DNA of 64,000 bases from NCBI RefSeq assembly GCF_009834535.1, contig NC_045732.1, forward strand, positions 20,336,001-20,400,000, read 5' to 3'. The notes under the pieces were generated by a model. The model was not told the origin of the DNA. It made no database searches and saw nothing but the letters and a program-made list of their open reading frames with translations. Origin of the DNA: Camelus ferus (lineage: Eukaryota). The position numbers were made by a program, and so were the translations under genes. Of the stretch, positions 63,186-64,000 are shown piece by piece. Within the stretch, counting starts at the first letter, position 1, and each line of letters begins with the position of its first letter.

Positions 63186-64000
63186 TCAATTAAATTAAAT
63201 TAATGAAAACTAGTCACCCTTTTTAACCTCACATAACAGCCTTTTTTTCTACTTCTAATCAGACTATGGATATCAAGATACCAGAGAGATAGAAAAGAAT
63301 TTGGGAATAAGGACAGATTTTAAATATGGTTATAAGGACTTGGGCTTGTGTTCTGAGTGATATGGGAAGGCACTGGAGGAGTTGGGACATCCTTTGTGCC
63401 ACCTTCTACCTCACCTAGCACTCCCTCCCATCCCTATTGACTCATAGTAGGCATTCAATAAATGCGTTGATTATTCATGCATGCATGAATCAATGAATAA
63501 AAATACGATCTCTCTTCCTAAAGAACTTATGAGTGTTGTAGTAAGATACAATTCATATTCATGCAATTATTAGGGGATTCCAGGGATGGGAGGGAGTGCA
63601 AGATACATGCCAGACTTCAACCAAATATTTGGTTGAAAAAACTTGGGAATCGCATTTATATATTTCATATTGGCTCATTGTCTGTCTTGTCTCTACTGTT
63701 TCAATTATAAACCGCTTCAGAGCAGAGCCCAAGTGTACAACTGACTCAGATCCCTGGGGCCCTAGCACAGAGCCCAACGTCATGATGTATGCCAAAATAA
63801 CTCTTCCACGTCTCACACTGCTTTAGCAGGTTGGATGAATTTTGAGTGCAGTGCATTTCACATGCCAGCCCTCTAGCTAGACCCTGGGTGATATCTCTTG
63901 GGGAGTTACCAACTGTGGTTCCCATCATGCAGCCAAGAGACAGCTCTGAGGATTCTGGTCTTTCGCTTCATTGTCCTGACTCTCCAGTCCTGAGGTGGGA

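Noticed and set aside
63473-63490. 18-bp perfect palindrome ATTCATGCATGCATGAAT
   Set aside because: Built from (ATGC)n and L2-tail (TGAA/TTCA) simple repeats, so expected from local low complexity.

Overview
Mammalian genomic DNA, not prokaryotic: no CRISPR arrays, operons, rRNA or tRNA genes were recognised. The only protein-coding sequence I can support is exon 1 of NHS (Nance-Horan syndrome actin-remodelling regulator; X-linked in placental mammals) on the minus strand. Its ATG is at 24452 ([23 protein letters not shown]...[22 protein letters not shown]) and it lies in a ~3 kb CpG island (~22640-25570). Positions 1-~23905 are the start of NHS intron 1 and ~24800-64000 is upstream flank. 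Both are rich in old mammalian repeats (L1M, L2, CR1/L3, MIR, MaLR/ERVL LTRs, hAT-Charlie) plus younger, cetartiodactyl-type 5'-truncated L1s, several with intact target-site duplications (TSDs). No Bov-tA, CHR or PRE-1 type SINE was seen, which suggests a camelid (inference). The N runs look like masks rather than gaps. Two fall in unique non-coding DNA (22395-22598, 30818-30973). The first is bracketed by an ATG and a GTGAGT donor in the splice phase expected for NHS exon 2. I found no convincing wholly new biological system. The best leads are regulatory: a possible hidden alternative NHS first exon, a strong-Kozak uORF, a Z-DNA/TATA module, a CpG-preserved CTCF site and a repeat-free upstream enhancer candidate. 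Almost all other ORFs in the supplied track are spurious or transposon-derived. Repeat subfamily names and boundaries are by eye and approximate.
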